64,000 bases of DNA from a virus: positions 1-64,000 of IMG/VR virus record IMGVR_UViG_3300009610_000028; one strand, 5' to 3'. The notes beneath the pieces were generated by a model that saw only the letters and a program-made list of their open reading frames with translations, was not told where the DNA came from and searched no databases. The stretch's first letter is position 1, and the number at the start of each line of letters is the position of its first letter. A program made the position numbers and the translations under genes. Shown piece by piece: positions 27,835-38,143 of this stretch.

Positions 27835-29612
27835 CTTTGTATCAAACGCGAATCATCGACAGCCGGCATCCCAACTTCCTGTCGAACGTAGGTGACTGGG
27901 AGAAGTGGCGACTGACCTACCGGGGTGGGGAAGAGTTTCGCAACAAGTACCTCGAACAATTTACTAACCGCGAAGATCGACAGGACTTTGAAGCCCGCAA
28001 GCGAGTGACTCCTATTCCGAGTTACGCGAAAGCGGCCATCAACGACATCCGTAACTCGATCTTCCAGCGGATGCACGACATCACACGTCGAGACGGCAGC
28101 AAAGCTTATCAACGAGCGATTGCTGGCTTGGATGACGGAGTAGATCGTCGTGGATCAACGATGAATTCGTTCCTCGGCATCAAATGCCTGACGGAACTTC
28201 TGGTGATGGGGCGAGTCGGCGTCTGCGTCGATTCCCCGGTAGTTGAAGGTGCTACGCTCGCCGACGCCAAGGGCGCTCGGCCGTATCTCTACAGCTATCA
28301 AGTTGAAGACATTCTCAACTACTCATGCACCAAGCCTGACGAGCCGAGTGAGTTCCAATCCGTGTTGCTTCGCGACACGTGCATGGACTACGACCAACGC
28401 ACCATGCTGCCGCTTGGAACCTTCCAGCGGCTGCGGATGATGTGGATCGACAAAGAGACTGGCTTCGTCAATGTGCAGTTCTACAACGCAGCCGGCGATC
28501 CAATCGACAGCTACGGGAACACATCAGGCCCGGTGCAACTCGAACTCACGAAGATTCCCTTCGTACTATTCGACGTTGGTGACTCGCTCATCAAGGATGT
28601 CTGTAACCACCAAGTTACGCTTCTGAATCTGATCTCCAGTGACGTGAACTTCGCGCTCAAGGCGAACTTTCCGTTCTACGTCGAGCAACGCGACATGCGT
28701 GCGGTCGGCAGCCACTTGAAGGTCGCTGCTAACCCGGATGGCACCGCCACAACTGGTGGCCAAACATCCCACGACAACGAGATCAAGGTCGGTGCCACGC
28801 AAGGTCGGTTCTACGACATCAAAGCGAACGCACCAGCCTTCATCAATCCGTCGCCCGACCCGCTCAAGGCGTCGATGCAGTTGCGAGCCGAAATCGCAAC
28901 CGAGATTCGACGCTTGGTCAACCTTCGAGTTGAAGGCATGGCAGAACGAGCCAGCGCCGAGAGCAAGGCAATGGACAACCAAGGGCTGGAAGCTGGTCTC
29001 AGCTTCATCGGCCTGGTCCTGGAGAGTGGCGAACGCAAGATCGCCGAACATTGGGCCGCGTTTGAGGATCGAGTCGAAACCCGCCGCAAGGTGGCCACGA
29101 TCAAGTATCCCGACCGCTATAGCCTCAAGACCGATGCTGATCGCATCGACGAGGCCACTAAGCTCTCCAAGCTGATGTACACGGTGCCGGGCCAGACAGT
29201 GAAGAAAGAGATCGCCAAGATCATCAAAGATTCGCTGCTCGGTGGCAAGGTCAACGTGGAAACCATCTCGACAATCAATTCAGAGATCGACAATTCGGAC
29301 TATACGACTAGCGATCCTGAGACGATTGTTCTGGCCGTCGAGAACGGCCTATGCGGTGACCAAACCGCTTCTATGGCACTGGGCTTTGACGAGAACGAAT
29401 ACTTGCAAGCTCAGAAGGATCACGCCGCTAAAGCCAAGCGTGTTGCTGAGGCGCAAGCCAGCGTCAAGCCGGACCCAGGAGCACGGGGCGTCGATTCACT
29501 TTCGACCGATCCCAAGTCTGCTCCGAAAGAGAAGGCCGCCAGTCGGGATAAGTCCCTACAAAGTGACAATCAGAAGCGTGTTCGTGGCAACGGCCGCTTT
29601 CCCAAGGAGTAA
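27831..29612 (+). CDS. Portal protein
   Basis: Follows TerL with ATGA overlap; 593 aa; HP...W...Y-x-GG...YL...RE...R N-terminal portal pattern. Confidence 0.85.
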   Translation: MTLYQTRIIDSRHPNFLSNVGDWEKWRLTYRGGEEFRNKYLEQFTNREDRQDFEARKRVTPIPSYAKAAINDIRNSIFQRMHDITRRDGSKAYQRAIAGLDDGVDRRGSTMNSFLGIKCLTELLVMGRVGVCVDSPVVEGATLADAKGARPYLYSYQVEDILNYSCTKPDEPSEFQSVLLRDTCMDYDQRTMLPLGTFQRLRMMWIDKETGFVNVQFYNAAGDPIDSYGNTSGPVQLELTKIPFVLFDVGDSLIKDVCNHQVTLLNLISSDVNFALKANFPFYVEQRDMRAVGSHLKVAANPDGTATTGGQTSHDNEIKVGATQGRFYDIKANAPAFINPSPDPLKASMQLRAEIATEIRRLVNLRVEGMAERASAESKAMDNQGLEAGLSFIGLVLESGERKIAEHWAAFEDRVETRRKVATIKYPDRYSLKTDADRIDEATKLSKLMYTVPGQTVKKEIAKIIKDSLLGGKVNVETISTINSEIDNSDYTTSDPETIVLAVENGLCGDQTASMALGFDENEYLQAQKDHAAKAKRVAEAQASVKPDPGARGVDSLSTDPKSAPKEKAASRDKSLQSDNQKRVRGNGRFPKE

Positions 29613-29615
29613 GCA

Positions 29616-29915
29616 ATGTCAGCAGTTCAAGTGGTGAAAGAATCGTTGCCAGGTTTCATGGCAGGTAATGGGACAGTCGGCGGAACGCCGGCTCAACTCA
29701 CGACCATTGCGTTTCCAATCACCAAGCACGTCGTTGTCCAGGCTGCATCTGGCAATGGCAGTACGGTCAGCGTGGGGCCAGCCTCAGCGCAAGCCGCAAA
29801 CGGATACATCCTGGCAGCGGGCGAGAGCACGCCGCCGATTTACGTGGACGATACGTCCAAAGTGTGGGTCGTCGGGGGTGCCGCCGACCAGGATTACAAC
29901 TGGATCGCAAACTAA
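29616..29915 (+). CDS. Small virion protein, paralogue of 30645..30962
   Basis: KES-x-PG...N...V-x-VG...G...ADQD-x-x-WI shared. Confidence 0.7.
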   Translation: MSAVQVVKESLPGFMAGNGTVGGTPAQLTTIAFPITKHVVVQAASGNGSTVSVGPASAQAANGYILAAGESTPPIYVDDTSKVWVVGGAADQDYNWIAN

Positions 29916-29927
29916 GGAATCAAATCA

Positions 29928-30632
29928 ATGGGTATTCTCGCCGACCTTCTTGCCGCCCCGCTCACGTACAGCAACACGCCTGGTGTTGGCCGACACGTGT
30001 ATCGGAACCTGGAAGACATCCTTCGCACGTATGGTGACTTTGACTATCCGAGTGGTTTCAACACCGGGAACGAAGTTCAAGGTATCGCTGTTCACTCCGG
30101 CACAGTCAGCGGTGGCACGTTCACCTTGACTCCTCAAGTGACTGGTGCCGTTGCAACTGGCAACATCAACCACAACGCCAACGCTGCCACGATTCAGACC
30201 GCTATCGACACCGCAATGACTGGTGTCGCTGGTTACGTTGCCGGACATCTGGCAATCACTGGTGGACCTCTCACCACGACCCCGCTGGTTCTCACCTACA
30301 GCGGTGCCTCGGTCGATGCGACCAACTACGCCCTGGTTGTGGGTGACGGTGCTCTGCTCACTGGTGGTGGCACGCTCGGTGCGATCACGCAGACGACCGC
30401 TGGTCAATCTGCCCGCGCTGCTTGGGCCTTCCTCAAAGTGGCTGGCATCATCACCAGTGCTCCGCCGGATCAAGGCAGTTCTGGCACTCCAACTGTTGGC
30501 TCTGGCCGTGGGCAGTTCCCGTTCAAGCTCAACAACGACACCGTGATCGCTCTCATCGAAGAGGCGGCTTCCAAGGACGGTGGAATCGCGGCTGTGAAGA
30601 CTTCCCTTCTGACCGCACTCCGCTTGCCGTAA
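29928..30632 (+). CDS. Virion protein with NEVQ...GGTFTL...NANAATIQ domain
   Basis: The same domain is inserted in tail tube 2 (41685..42707). Confidence 0.7.
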   Translation: MGILADLLAAPLTYSNTPGVGRHVYRNLEDILRTYGDFDYPSGFNTGNEVQGIAVHSGTVSGGTFTLTPQVTGAVATGNINHNANAATIQTAIDTAMTGVAGYVAGHLAITGGPLTTTPLVLTYSGASVDATNYALVVGDGALLTGGGTLGAITQTTAGQSARAAWAFLKVAGIITSAPPDQGSSGTPTVGSGRGQFPFKLNNDTVIALIEEAASKDGGIAAVKTSLLTALRLP

Positions 30633-30644
30633 GAGGTTTGACCC

Positions 30645-30962
30645 GTGGAGATCACAAAAGAATCAGTGCCTGGATTGCTACATGGGCACCAGGCTGCCGG
30701 CACTTCGCGGATTCGTCTCACTGATCTGGACATTCCAGTTCACAAAGGCGTGCTGATGCGATGCCCCGGATCGGAAGACGCGGGCGGTGGCAATACGGCA
30801 CCCGTTTGGGTCGGTGGCAACGGCGTAACAGCCGATTCAGCCGCGACCGGCGGCATCCCAATCCTGCCAGGCGATTCGCTCTTCGTGCCGATTGAGCGGC
30901 CGATGTCGCTCTTCATCATCTCGACCGATGCGGACCAAGACGTTGCGTGGATCGGACTATGA
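30645..30962 (+). CDS. Small virion protein
   Basis: Paralogue of 29616..29915. Confidence 0.7.
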   Translation: MEITKESVPGLLHGHQAAGTSRIRLTDLDIPVHKGVLMRCPGSEDAGGGNTAPVWVGGNGVTADSAATGGIPILPGDSLFVPIERPMSLFIISTDADQDVAWIGL

Positions 30963-32200
30963 GCATCATTTACATCAGCAGTAGGGGCGTGGCTGGCCCA
31001 CAAGGCATTCAAGGCGACCCCGGTGCCGGTGTAATCAATTGGCTCGGCGTTTGGGACAGCGGCACTACTTACGAAATCAACGATGCTGTTTCCTACCAAG
31101 GAAGCAGCTACATCTGCCTCGTTCAGCATTCCAACCAAGTTCCTCCGAACCCGACCTATTGGGGCGTGCTCGCGGAAGTTGGTGACACAGGTGCAACCGG
31201 CCTGACCGGCGACACTGGTCTTGGAATCACCTGGCTTGGCGACTGGGACAGCGGTGACCCATACGTCGTCAACGATGCAGTGGTCTTGGATGGCACGAGT
31301 TACATCTGCATCCAGGATCATACGAATCAACAACCGCCGAATGTCGCGTACTGGAACATCCTCGCACAGAAGGGTGGCACTGGAGCGACGGGCAACACGG
31401 GCGCAACCGGCGCTCGTGGCCTCACGTGGCGAAACGCTTGGAACAGCATCACGGCCTATGCAGTGGACGATGCCGTTCAATACAACGGCAGCGCATACAT
31501 CTGTCTTCAAGCACACACGAATCAGTTTCCAACGAACCCTACCTATTGGAGTCTGCTGGCTTCAAAAGGTGACACTGGCACGACGGGCGACACCGGATTA
31601 ACCGGAGCGGCCGGTGCTGACGGGCAGGGCTTCACCTGGCGTGGCTCATGGAGCGGCGCAATCACCTACGCTCCCTACGACGTAGTTGAGTTCGACGGGT
31701 CCAGCTACAACTGCATTCTCGGCCACACGAATCAAACCCCACCGAATCCCACCTACTGGGAGACGATGGCCCAAGCTGGAGAAGATGGCGGCGGTGGCGG
31801 CAGTGGCGAAGGGCTGGTCACCGAGGCCGAGAACACGAACGCTGGTTCAATCTCAAAATGTCGCGTGGTCTATATCAGCGGCGTTGAAGAAGTTGATCTG
31901 GCGCGGGCTAACAACACAACCACCGCCAAAGCTTTTGGCCTGGTTGCGGATAACTCCATCTCTGCGAGTGTCTCCGGCAACATTCAGATCAGTGGCATTC
32001 TCGAAGCCACAACCGGCCAGTGGGACACTGTGACCGGGCAAAGCGGTGGGCTGACATCAGGTGCCATCTATTACCTCAGCGCAGCCACCGCAGGCGCAAT
32101 GACGACGACAGCGCCTGTCTCTGGATTCATCGTCGAACTCGGCAAGGCGCTGAGCACAACCAAATTTGACACCACGATAAGGCGGCCGATTCGGCTGTAA
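30959..32200 (+). CDS. Fibre protein: four Trp/Tyr-rich CBM5/12-like modules with collagen linkers plus C-terminal beta domain
   Basis: 4x W-x-G-x-W...Y...D-x-V...G-x-x-Y-x-C...H-x-N-Q-x-P...YW; G-X-Y triplets. Confidence 0.8.
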   Translation: MSIIYISSRGVAGPQGIQGDPGAGVINWLGVWDSGTTYEINDAVSYQGSSYICLVQHSNQVPPNPTYWGVLAEVGDTGATGLTGDTGLGITWLGDWDSGDPYVVNDAVVLDGTSYICIQDHTNQQPPNVAYWNILAQKGGTGATGNTGATGARGLTWRNAWNSITAYAVDDAVQYNGSAYICLQAHTNQFPTNPTYWSLLASKGDTGTTGDTGLTGAAGADGQGFTWRGSWSGAITYAPYDVVEFDGSSYNCILGHTNQTPPNPTYWETMAQAGEDGGGGGSGEGLVTEAENTNAGSISKCRVVYISGVEEVDLARANNTTTAKAFGLVADNSISASVSGNIQISGILEATTGQWDTVTGQSGGLTSGAIYYLSAATAGAMTTTAPVSGFIVELGKALSTTKFDTTIRRPIRL

Positions 32201-32204
32201 ATAA

Positions 32205-32687
32205 ATGGCTGCTCGCAAACCGCTAGTCATCAACGGCGGACAAATCGAACAACTCCAAGCCGGCGATACGCTTGATGCGTCAGTCACCGAAGTGGATGTG
32301 GTCAGCAAGACCAATGACAACGCCAGTCCAATCGTCATTGGCAACGTTGTCTATAACAAGACAGACGGTGACGTTGACCTGGCTCGCGCAAACGCGCAGG
32401 GCACCGTTCAAGTTCTCGGCTTGGTCCGAGACGCAAGCATTGCCGCAGCCGCCGCCGGCAACATCCAGACAGACGGAATCCTGACAGCCACTACCGGCGA
32501 ATGGGACGCTGTGACTGGAGGGTCTGGTGGTCTCTCGCCCGGCGTGCCGTACTACGTCAGCGCCGCGACAGCGGGCTTGATTACAAGCACCGCACCTTCT
32601 AGCGCCGGTCAGTTTGTTGTGCGCATTGGACTGGCCAGTAGCGCTACCTCATTGGACATCTCAGTCGAACCCCCGATCAAGCTATGA
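32205..32687 (+). CDS. Decoration/adaptor protein
   Basis: C-terminal domain paralogous to 30959; N-terminal RKPL...GQIE peptide shared with 32684. Confidence 0.75.
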   Translation: MAARKPLVINGGQIEQLQAGDTLDASVTEVDVVSKTNDNASPIVIGNVVYNKTDGDVDLARANAQGTVQVLGLVRDASIAAAAAGNIQTDGILTATTGEWDAVTGGSGGLSPGVPYYVSAATAGLITSTAPSSAGQFVVRIGLASSATSLDISVEPPIKL

Positions 32688-34891
32688 CCATCCGCAAACC
32701 GCTTACTATCACCAACGGACAGATTGAAGCATTCCAATCCGGTGATCTAGTCAGCGGAGTTGCGAATGTTCTCACCAACACAACTCTCTATGTTGAGACT
32801 ACGGGCAACGACACGACCGGCGACGGTTCGATTGGCAATCCTTGGTTGACCATCGGGAAAGCACTCAGCTATCTCGCGGACAAATGGATCGAGAAAGACA
32901 ACTTTGTCACGATCAACGTTGGTGACGGCAACTTTGCCATCTCTTCGTCGCTCACGATCAAGCATCCCTGCGGCGACCGGATTACGATCACTGGCACCAA
33001 CACCCACGACAAAACGTTGTCGAGCATTCAGAGTTCCTCCGGCTCGGCCGGTGCCTGGTCATACGTGCTCAATGTCAATACGGTGACCAACATTGCCGTG
33101 AATGACTACGTGCTCATTCGCGGGCCAGCCAATGGGACTCGACCAGAGTTTATCGCTGGTTGCCACGAAGTCACCAACGTCGATGCAGTCAATACTCGCA
33201 TCACAATCGCGGTCAAGCATAAGCACACTTCTGTGGCGTCTGGCTCTGTCACAGGCACGGTCACGTGTGTGAAGACACGAGTGACAGTCACGGGCGTGGA
33301 CGGATTGGTAGTCGATCCCAATCACACGCTTGGCTTCATGGACAAGGTAGTGTTCGTGGGCGATGCCACGGCAACCAAGAGTGGAATTCTTAGTGGTCAT
33401 GGTCTGGCCGCAGCCAATACCCATCTGTGGGTTGGCAACAATGTAGGCGTCGTGAACTTCCAGTATGGCGTACAAGTTGTCGGCGGCTCGTTCCGTGGCA
33501 ACATTATCGCGTCTGGTTGTGTTTCTGATGGCGCACGTACATTCGCTGGTGCCAAAATCTATGCTTCGAGTGGAATCACGGCTACTGGCTGTGGTGCCTT
33601 TGGAGTCTTTGCCACGCTGAATGGTTCGATCTATTGCCCGGCATCCCGGCTAACAGGTAACTCTGACAGCGGCGCTGGCGCTAGCGCTGGCGGGGTAGTT
33701 AGTTGTCCCTCGGCCCATCTGACGGGAAATACGCTCAACGGTGCTGTTGCTGAAAATCAAGGTTGCATTCTGTGCGACCTGGCTTTTATCAACAACAACT
33801 TGGACAATGGCATCATAGCTCTGAATCAAAGCCATATCAGTTCGCCCTCAGCGACGATCCAAACGAACTTCAAAGGCGTGTACTGCGACAAAGGTTCTTA
33901 CATCTATGTCGAAGGCAGTACCATCTCCAGCAACACGAGCGGAAGTTACAACATTTCCGCAGATACGCTTTCAGTCAATGGCTCGTACATTGACACGGGC
34001 GCAGCGGCAGGCTTCCCAATTCACGGTTCACCAGTGCCTGGTGGTCGTTTGACCCTGGAAAGCAACGTGGCGGTCTCAACCACCGATCAAGCTTCCGCTT
34101 CGACTATTTACTACAAATCATTTCAACACGGCCATATCTGGCTCTACAACGGCTCGGAGTGGCTCCGGCGAACTCTGCCAGGCGGCCAAATCTCCGCAGC
34201 GTGCCCCACAGCTTCCGGCTCAAACAAGCCTTATGACGTTTTCATTTATGATGATAACGGCACACCAACCTTAGAGTTCCTGGCGTGGACGAATAACACG
34301 ACACGCGCAACTGGCCTCCTTAATACTAGCTCTCCCTACTTGTGGACAAAGAGTGGTGACACCACGCGGCTCTACGTCGGGACGATCTATGTAACTACTA
34401 GCGGTAATACAAACGACACACTGCGCAGTCGCCACGTGTGGAATATGTTTAACCGCGTAGTACGCGATATGTTTTGGATCGGCCCTCAAGCAAGTTACAC
34501 ATACAGTGCGAACAATGTTGCACGCTATGTGAATGGTGGCACAGCACCATCGCTTTCAATAGTTGTTGGACTCTCTGAGGACATCTACCAAGCCGAAGCG
34601 CGAGTTACCGCCTCCAAATCTGTTGGAGCGAATGGTACAGCGATTGATATGGGCATCGCTCGCGATGCAACCAATACCACATTTGCGGTTGGTTGCCAGG
34701 CGGGAGTGATCCGTTCTACGACGGCAACTGATCTTGACCTCAGAACGCTGCAAACCACGTTCAGCGAAATCGCCCCTATTGGCTACCACGAATACAACTG
34801 GACTGAGCGTACTGGTACGAATTCCGTGACTCTCAACGTGGTTGGCACGAATGCCAATGAATGCGGCATGTTCGGTTGGTTCCCAATGTAG
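32684..34891 (+). CDS. Spike/fibre protein with beta-helix (pectin-lyase-like) region
   Basis: YVETTGNDTTGDGS-x-x-NPWLTI-x-KAL motif; Gly/Asn-rich parallel beta-helix repeats; GRLTLES domain. Confidence 0.8.
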   Translation: MTIRKPLTITNGQIEAFQSGDLVSGVANVLTNTTLYVETTGNDTTGDGSIGNPWLTIGKALSYLADKWIEKDNFVTINVGDGNFAISSSLTIKHPCGDRITITGTNTHDKTLSSIQSSSGSAGAWSYVLNVNTVTNIAVNDYVLIRGPANGTRPEFIAGCHEVTNVDAVNTRITIAVKHKHTSVASGSVTGTVTCVKTRVTVTGVDGLVVDPNHTLGFMDKVVFVGDATATKSGILSGHGLAAANTHLWVGNNVGVVNFQYGVQVVGGSFRGNIIASGCVSDGARTFAGAKIYASSGITATGCGAFGVFATLNGSIYCPASRLTGNSDSGAGASAGGVVSCPSAHLTGNTLNGAVAENQGCILCDLAFINNNLDNGIIALNQSHISSPSATIQTNFKGVYCDKGSYIYVEGSTISSNTSGSYNISADTLSVNGSYIDTGAAAGFPIHGSPVPGGRLTLESNVAVSTTDQASASTIYYKSFQHGHIWLYNGSEWLRRTLPGGQISAACPTASGSNKPYDVFIYDDNGTPTLEFLAWTNNTTRATGLLNTSSPYLWTKSGDTTRLYVGTIYVTTSGNTNDTLRSRHVWNMFNRVVRDMFWIGPQASYTYSANNVARYVNGGTAPSLSIVVGLSEDIYQAEARVTASKSVGANGTAIDMGIARDATNTTFAVGCQAGVIRSTTATDLDLRTLQTTFSEIAPIGYHEYNWTERTGTNSVTLNVVGTNANECGMFGWFPM

Positions 34892-34898
34892 GTGACAG

Positions 34899-35201
34899 AT
34901 GAGAGACATTCTCGCTTTGCATAATGCGTTACGAGACGCAGGACTCGACATCTCCGGTGTCAGTGATCCAGGGCCAAACGCCTACATCAACGGATGGAAC
35001 ACCACGCCCACAGAAGCTGAGCGTGCTCAAGCGGGTGCCATTCTAAAAGCATTCGATTGGACCGAGAAGCCAGCACTAACTCTCGCGACTATTGAAGCGC
35101 TTTCAAGTGATGAGAAATCGCGACTGATTGATTTGCTACTGACACAAGCGGCTGGCGTGCGACCGGACCTATTGGACATGGCGAAGAAACCAAAGGCGTA
35201 G
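34899..35201 (+). CDS. Hypothetical protein, possible fibre chaperone
   Basis: Small ORF directly after the spike gene. Confidence 0.6.
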   Translation: MRDILALHNALRDAGLDISGVSDPGPNAYINGWNTTPTEAERAQAGAILKAFDWTEKPALTLATIEALSSDEKSRLIDLLLTQAAGVRPDLLDMAKKPKA

Positions 35202-35206
35202 GACAA

Positions 35207-36577
35207 ATGAGTATCATTCATGTCAGTAGCCGTGGTGTTGCCGGTCCCCAAGGCATCCAAGGTGATCCAGGACCAGGCGTCATTAACTGGCTAGGCGAGT
35301 GGTCAGACGCCACCGCCTACGAAGAGAATGATGCGGTAACCTGGCTCGGCACGAGCTATATCTGCATCGTCGCTCACACCGATCAAGAGCCACCTGATCC
35401 CACCTACTGGGACGTGCTCGCTTCCAAAGGCGATGAGGGTGACGCGGGCGACCAAGGTGATGCCGGCCTCAGCATTGAGTGGCAAGGCAATTGGGATAGT
35501 GGTCAACCATACGTGGTGAATGATGCTATCACACTCGATGGCACCAGCTACATTTGCACGGTCAATCACACAAATCAATCGCCGCCCAACGCTGGCATTT
35601 GGAATGTGCTCGCCGCGAAAGGTAGTACAGGTCTCACTGGAAACACCGGCCTCACGGGTCCGATTGGAATCACCTGGCGAGGCGCGTGGAACTCAATCAC
35701 GAGTTATGCCCTCAATGACGCAGTGACTTCTGGTGGCAGTGACTACATCTGCATTCAAGCTCACAGCAATCATCAACCGCCCAACGTCATCTACTGGGAC
35801 TTTGTAGCCTCGAAGGGCGACACTGGCACCACGGGTGACACTGGCGAGACAGGTGACACTGGTGCTACCGGCGATGGCTTCACATGGGAAGGTGAATGGA
35901 GCGGCGCAGAACCTTACCAAGTGCGTGATGTCGTTCAGTTCGATGGATCGAGCTACAACTGCATCCTCGGACACACCAATCAAACGCCACCGAATCCCAC
36001 CTATTGGGAATTGATGGCGTCGAAGGGTGACACTGGCACTTTTGACACAGACCCACTCACAGGCGCTGAGACCGGCACGGACGTAACCGCACAAACGGTG
36101 TCCACTCATCGGCGACCTGAGACGATCCAATCGACGCACACATTCACTAACCAAAGCGTCACGATCACGGATCACACGACGGATGGCGGCCACGGCGGTG
36201 TGAAAATCTTCGACTATCCCGAAGGCCATTTCGTGGTCGTTGGTGCTGTCGGCAATCTCACGATTGCTCGCGTCGGCACGAACCTGACAGCAACTGCTGC
36301 TCTGGTGTTCTCACTCGGTACGACGGTCGCTGGTATCGACAACGATACGCTCACCGGAACCGAAGCTGACATCATTCCGTCAACAGCCGCCACGCTGAGT
36401 GGTGGAACAGTCACGGTCAACTTTCAGAAGTCAGCCTTGCAATTCATCGACGGCACCGCCGGAGCGGCCGACGCCTACTTCAACGTGGTGTCTCCCGATG
36501 CTGGCATTTCTGGCAATGATGCTGTGCTCGTCAATGGCACTGTCATCCTCACCTTGATTCGCTTGGGTGACAACTAA
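35207..36577 (+). CDS. Second fibre protein: same four modules as 30959, different C-terminal domain
   Basis: N-terminus MSIIHVSSRGVAGPQGIQGDPG nearly identical to 30959; diverges after about aa 275. Confidence 0.8.
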   Translation: MSIIHVSSRGVAGPQGIQGDPGPGVINWLGEWSDATAYEENDAVTWLGTSYICIVAHTDQEPPDPTYWDVLASKGDEGDAGDQGDAGLSIEWQGNWDSGQPYVVNDAITLDGTSYICTVNHTNQSPPNAGIWNVLAAKGSTGLTGNTGLTGPIGITWRGAWNSITSYALNDAVTSGGSDYICIQAHSNHQPPNVIYWDFVASKGDTGTTGDTGETGDTGATGDGFTWEGEWSGAEPYQVRDVVQFDGSSYNCILGHTNQTPPNPTYWELMASKGDTGTFDTDPLTGAETGTDVTAQTVSTHRRPETIQSTHTFTNQSVTITDHTTDGGHGGVKIFDYPEGHFVVVGAVGNLTIARVGTNLTATAALVFSLGTTVAGIDNDTLTGTEADIIPSTAATLSGGTVTVNFQKSALQFIDGTAGAADAYFNVVSPDAGISGNDAVLVNGTVILTLIRLGDN

Positions 36578-37134
36578 TGGCCATCAACTTCGACTACTAC
36601 GGCTCGCTCAGCGAAGCCAATGAATACTTTGACATGCGTCTCCACGAGAGCGCATGGTATGGGGCGACTCTCACGACTCGTCCCAAGGCACTGTGGGCCG
36701 CGACCAGAATCATCGACACCTTGAACTACAAAGGGTTCAAGAGCACTGTCTATGACTTGCTGGTTGCAAACAGCCTCACAGACTTGCCACGCGATCTCAG
36801 TGACACGAGCACTCCAACATTGGACGAAGTTCTGGCTGCTGAGGCCGCGCAGGTGCTGGAGTTTCCGCGAGGCTTGGATTCAACAGTGCCAGAGGCGATT
36901 CGCATCGCCCAGTATGAGATCGCTCACACGCTCCTCGATGGCAAAGACCCAGAGTTGGAGCTTGAGAACCTTGGCATTATCAGTCAAGGCTATGCGTCAG
37001 TTCGCACAACCTTTAGCAGAACGCACGTGCCCGTTGAACATATCGTCAACGGCGTGCCTAGCTCTACGGCCTGGCGACTTCTAGTCCCGTTTCTTCGGGA
37101 TGACGACGCGATTCGCGTTAGCCGGGTGTCGTAA
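36577..37134 (+). CDS. Putative head-tail connector/adaptor
   Basis: YGSLSEANEYF...W...KAL-x-x-AT-x-x-ID...LEFPR...VPEAI...AQYEIA pattern. Confidence 0.7.
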   Translation: MAINFDYYGSLSEANEYFDMRLHESAWYGATLTTRPKALWAATRIIDTLNYKGFKSTVYDLLVANSLTDLPRDLSDTSTPTLDEVLAAEAAQVLEFPRGLDSTVPEAIRIAQYEIAHTLLDGKDPELELENLGIISQGYASVRTTFSRTHVPVEHIVNGVPSSTAWRLLVPFLRDDDAIRVSRVS

Positions 37135-37230
37135 CACCAGGCTTCTAGGGCTACGGCCCATCCTTACCGGCTGGCAGAACCCGTGCCAGACCTACCGGGT
37201 CCAAATTCGGGGTGCAAGGAAATGTTGGTC

Positions 37231-38088
37231 ATGTTCGTGAATGATTGGTACAAGCTGTGCGCGCTCGTTGCCTGCTATGACGGCGAAAACGAGGAGATTC
37301 CTGATCCGCCTGTCGCTCCCAAAGAAGAGGAGATGAAGGCACCGGAAGGATTCACTGCCGAGCAGCAAAAGAAATTCAATGATGCCGTCGCGGCCGAGCG
37401 CCGCAAGCAAGAGACGAAGTGGCGAAGTCAGCTAGAGAAGGCTGAGGCCACTTACAAAGAGATGCTCGCGAAGACGGAAGGTCTCAGCGCCAAAGAGCGT
37501 GCGACCATCCAAGAGAATCTCGATACGGTCTCTGGACAACTCCGCAGCAAAGAGCATCAAGCTCAACTGGAGAAGAAGGAGTTGGAAGCTTCCTACCAAG
37601 GGAAGCTCACAGAAGCTCAACGTCGGGCCGAGATCGCTGAACAGCGTTATCGCGATTCGACCATCATGCGTGCGCTACAAGACGCCGCAGTTGAGCACGA
37701 GGCGTATAGCGCCTCACAGGTCGTCACGCTTCTCCGTGAGAAGACCAAGCTCGTCGAGACGCTCGACGAGAAGACCAACAAACCCAACGGACAGTTCAAG
37801 GTCGTCGTCGAGTTTCCTGACAAAGACAACACGACTGGCCAAGAGGTAATGACCACCAAGACGCCGGCAGAGGCAGTGAAGCGGATGACAGAGGTTGCTG
37901 AGTTCCAAAACCTCTTCCGCAAGAACGTCGTGTCTGGTGTTGGTGGCAACTCGGCTATCGGTGGCCTTACACCGGGTTCAAACGGGCGTATTGATGCGGC
38001 GAAGCTAACGCCGGAGCAATACCAAAAGGTGCGAGCAGAGAACCCTGAACTGCTCGGTCTGCGGCCTACTACTAAGCGCCGCCGTTAA
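37231..38088 (+). CDS. Capsid scaffolding protein
   Basis: Immediately upstream of coat; FT-x-EQ motif, long coiled coil, Gly-rich linker, LTPEQY-x-K-x-R tail. Confidence 0.85.
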   Translation: MFVNDWYKLCALVACYDGENEEIPDPPVAPKEEEMKAPEGFTAEQQKKFNDAVAAERRKQETKWRSQLEKAEATYKEMLAKTEGLSAKERATIQENLDTVSGQLRSKEHQAQLEKKELEASYQGKLTEAQRRAEIAEQRYRDSTIMRALQDAAVEHEAYSASQVVTLLREKTKLVETLDEKTNKPNGQFKVVVEFPDKDNTTGQEVMTTKTPAEAVKRMTEVAEFQNLFRKNVVSGVGGNSAIGGLTPGSNGRIDAAKLTPEQYQKVRAENPELLGLRPTTKRRR

Positions 38089-38143
38089 AGCGATCAGGGG
38101 TCGAATTTCCCGAAACAAAGAAACGTCCCTTTTGGAGACAAAC

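Noticed and set aside
30959-36577. Diversity-generating retroelement or invertible shufflon acting on fibre genes
   Set aside because: No reverse transcriptase; differences are mainly synonymous rather than adenine-specific; copies are in direct orientation with no inverted crossover sites seen.
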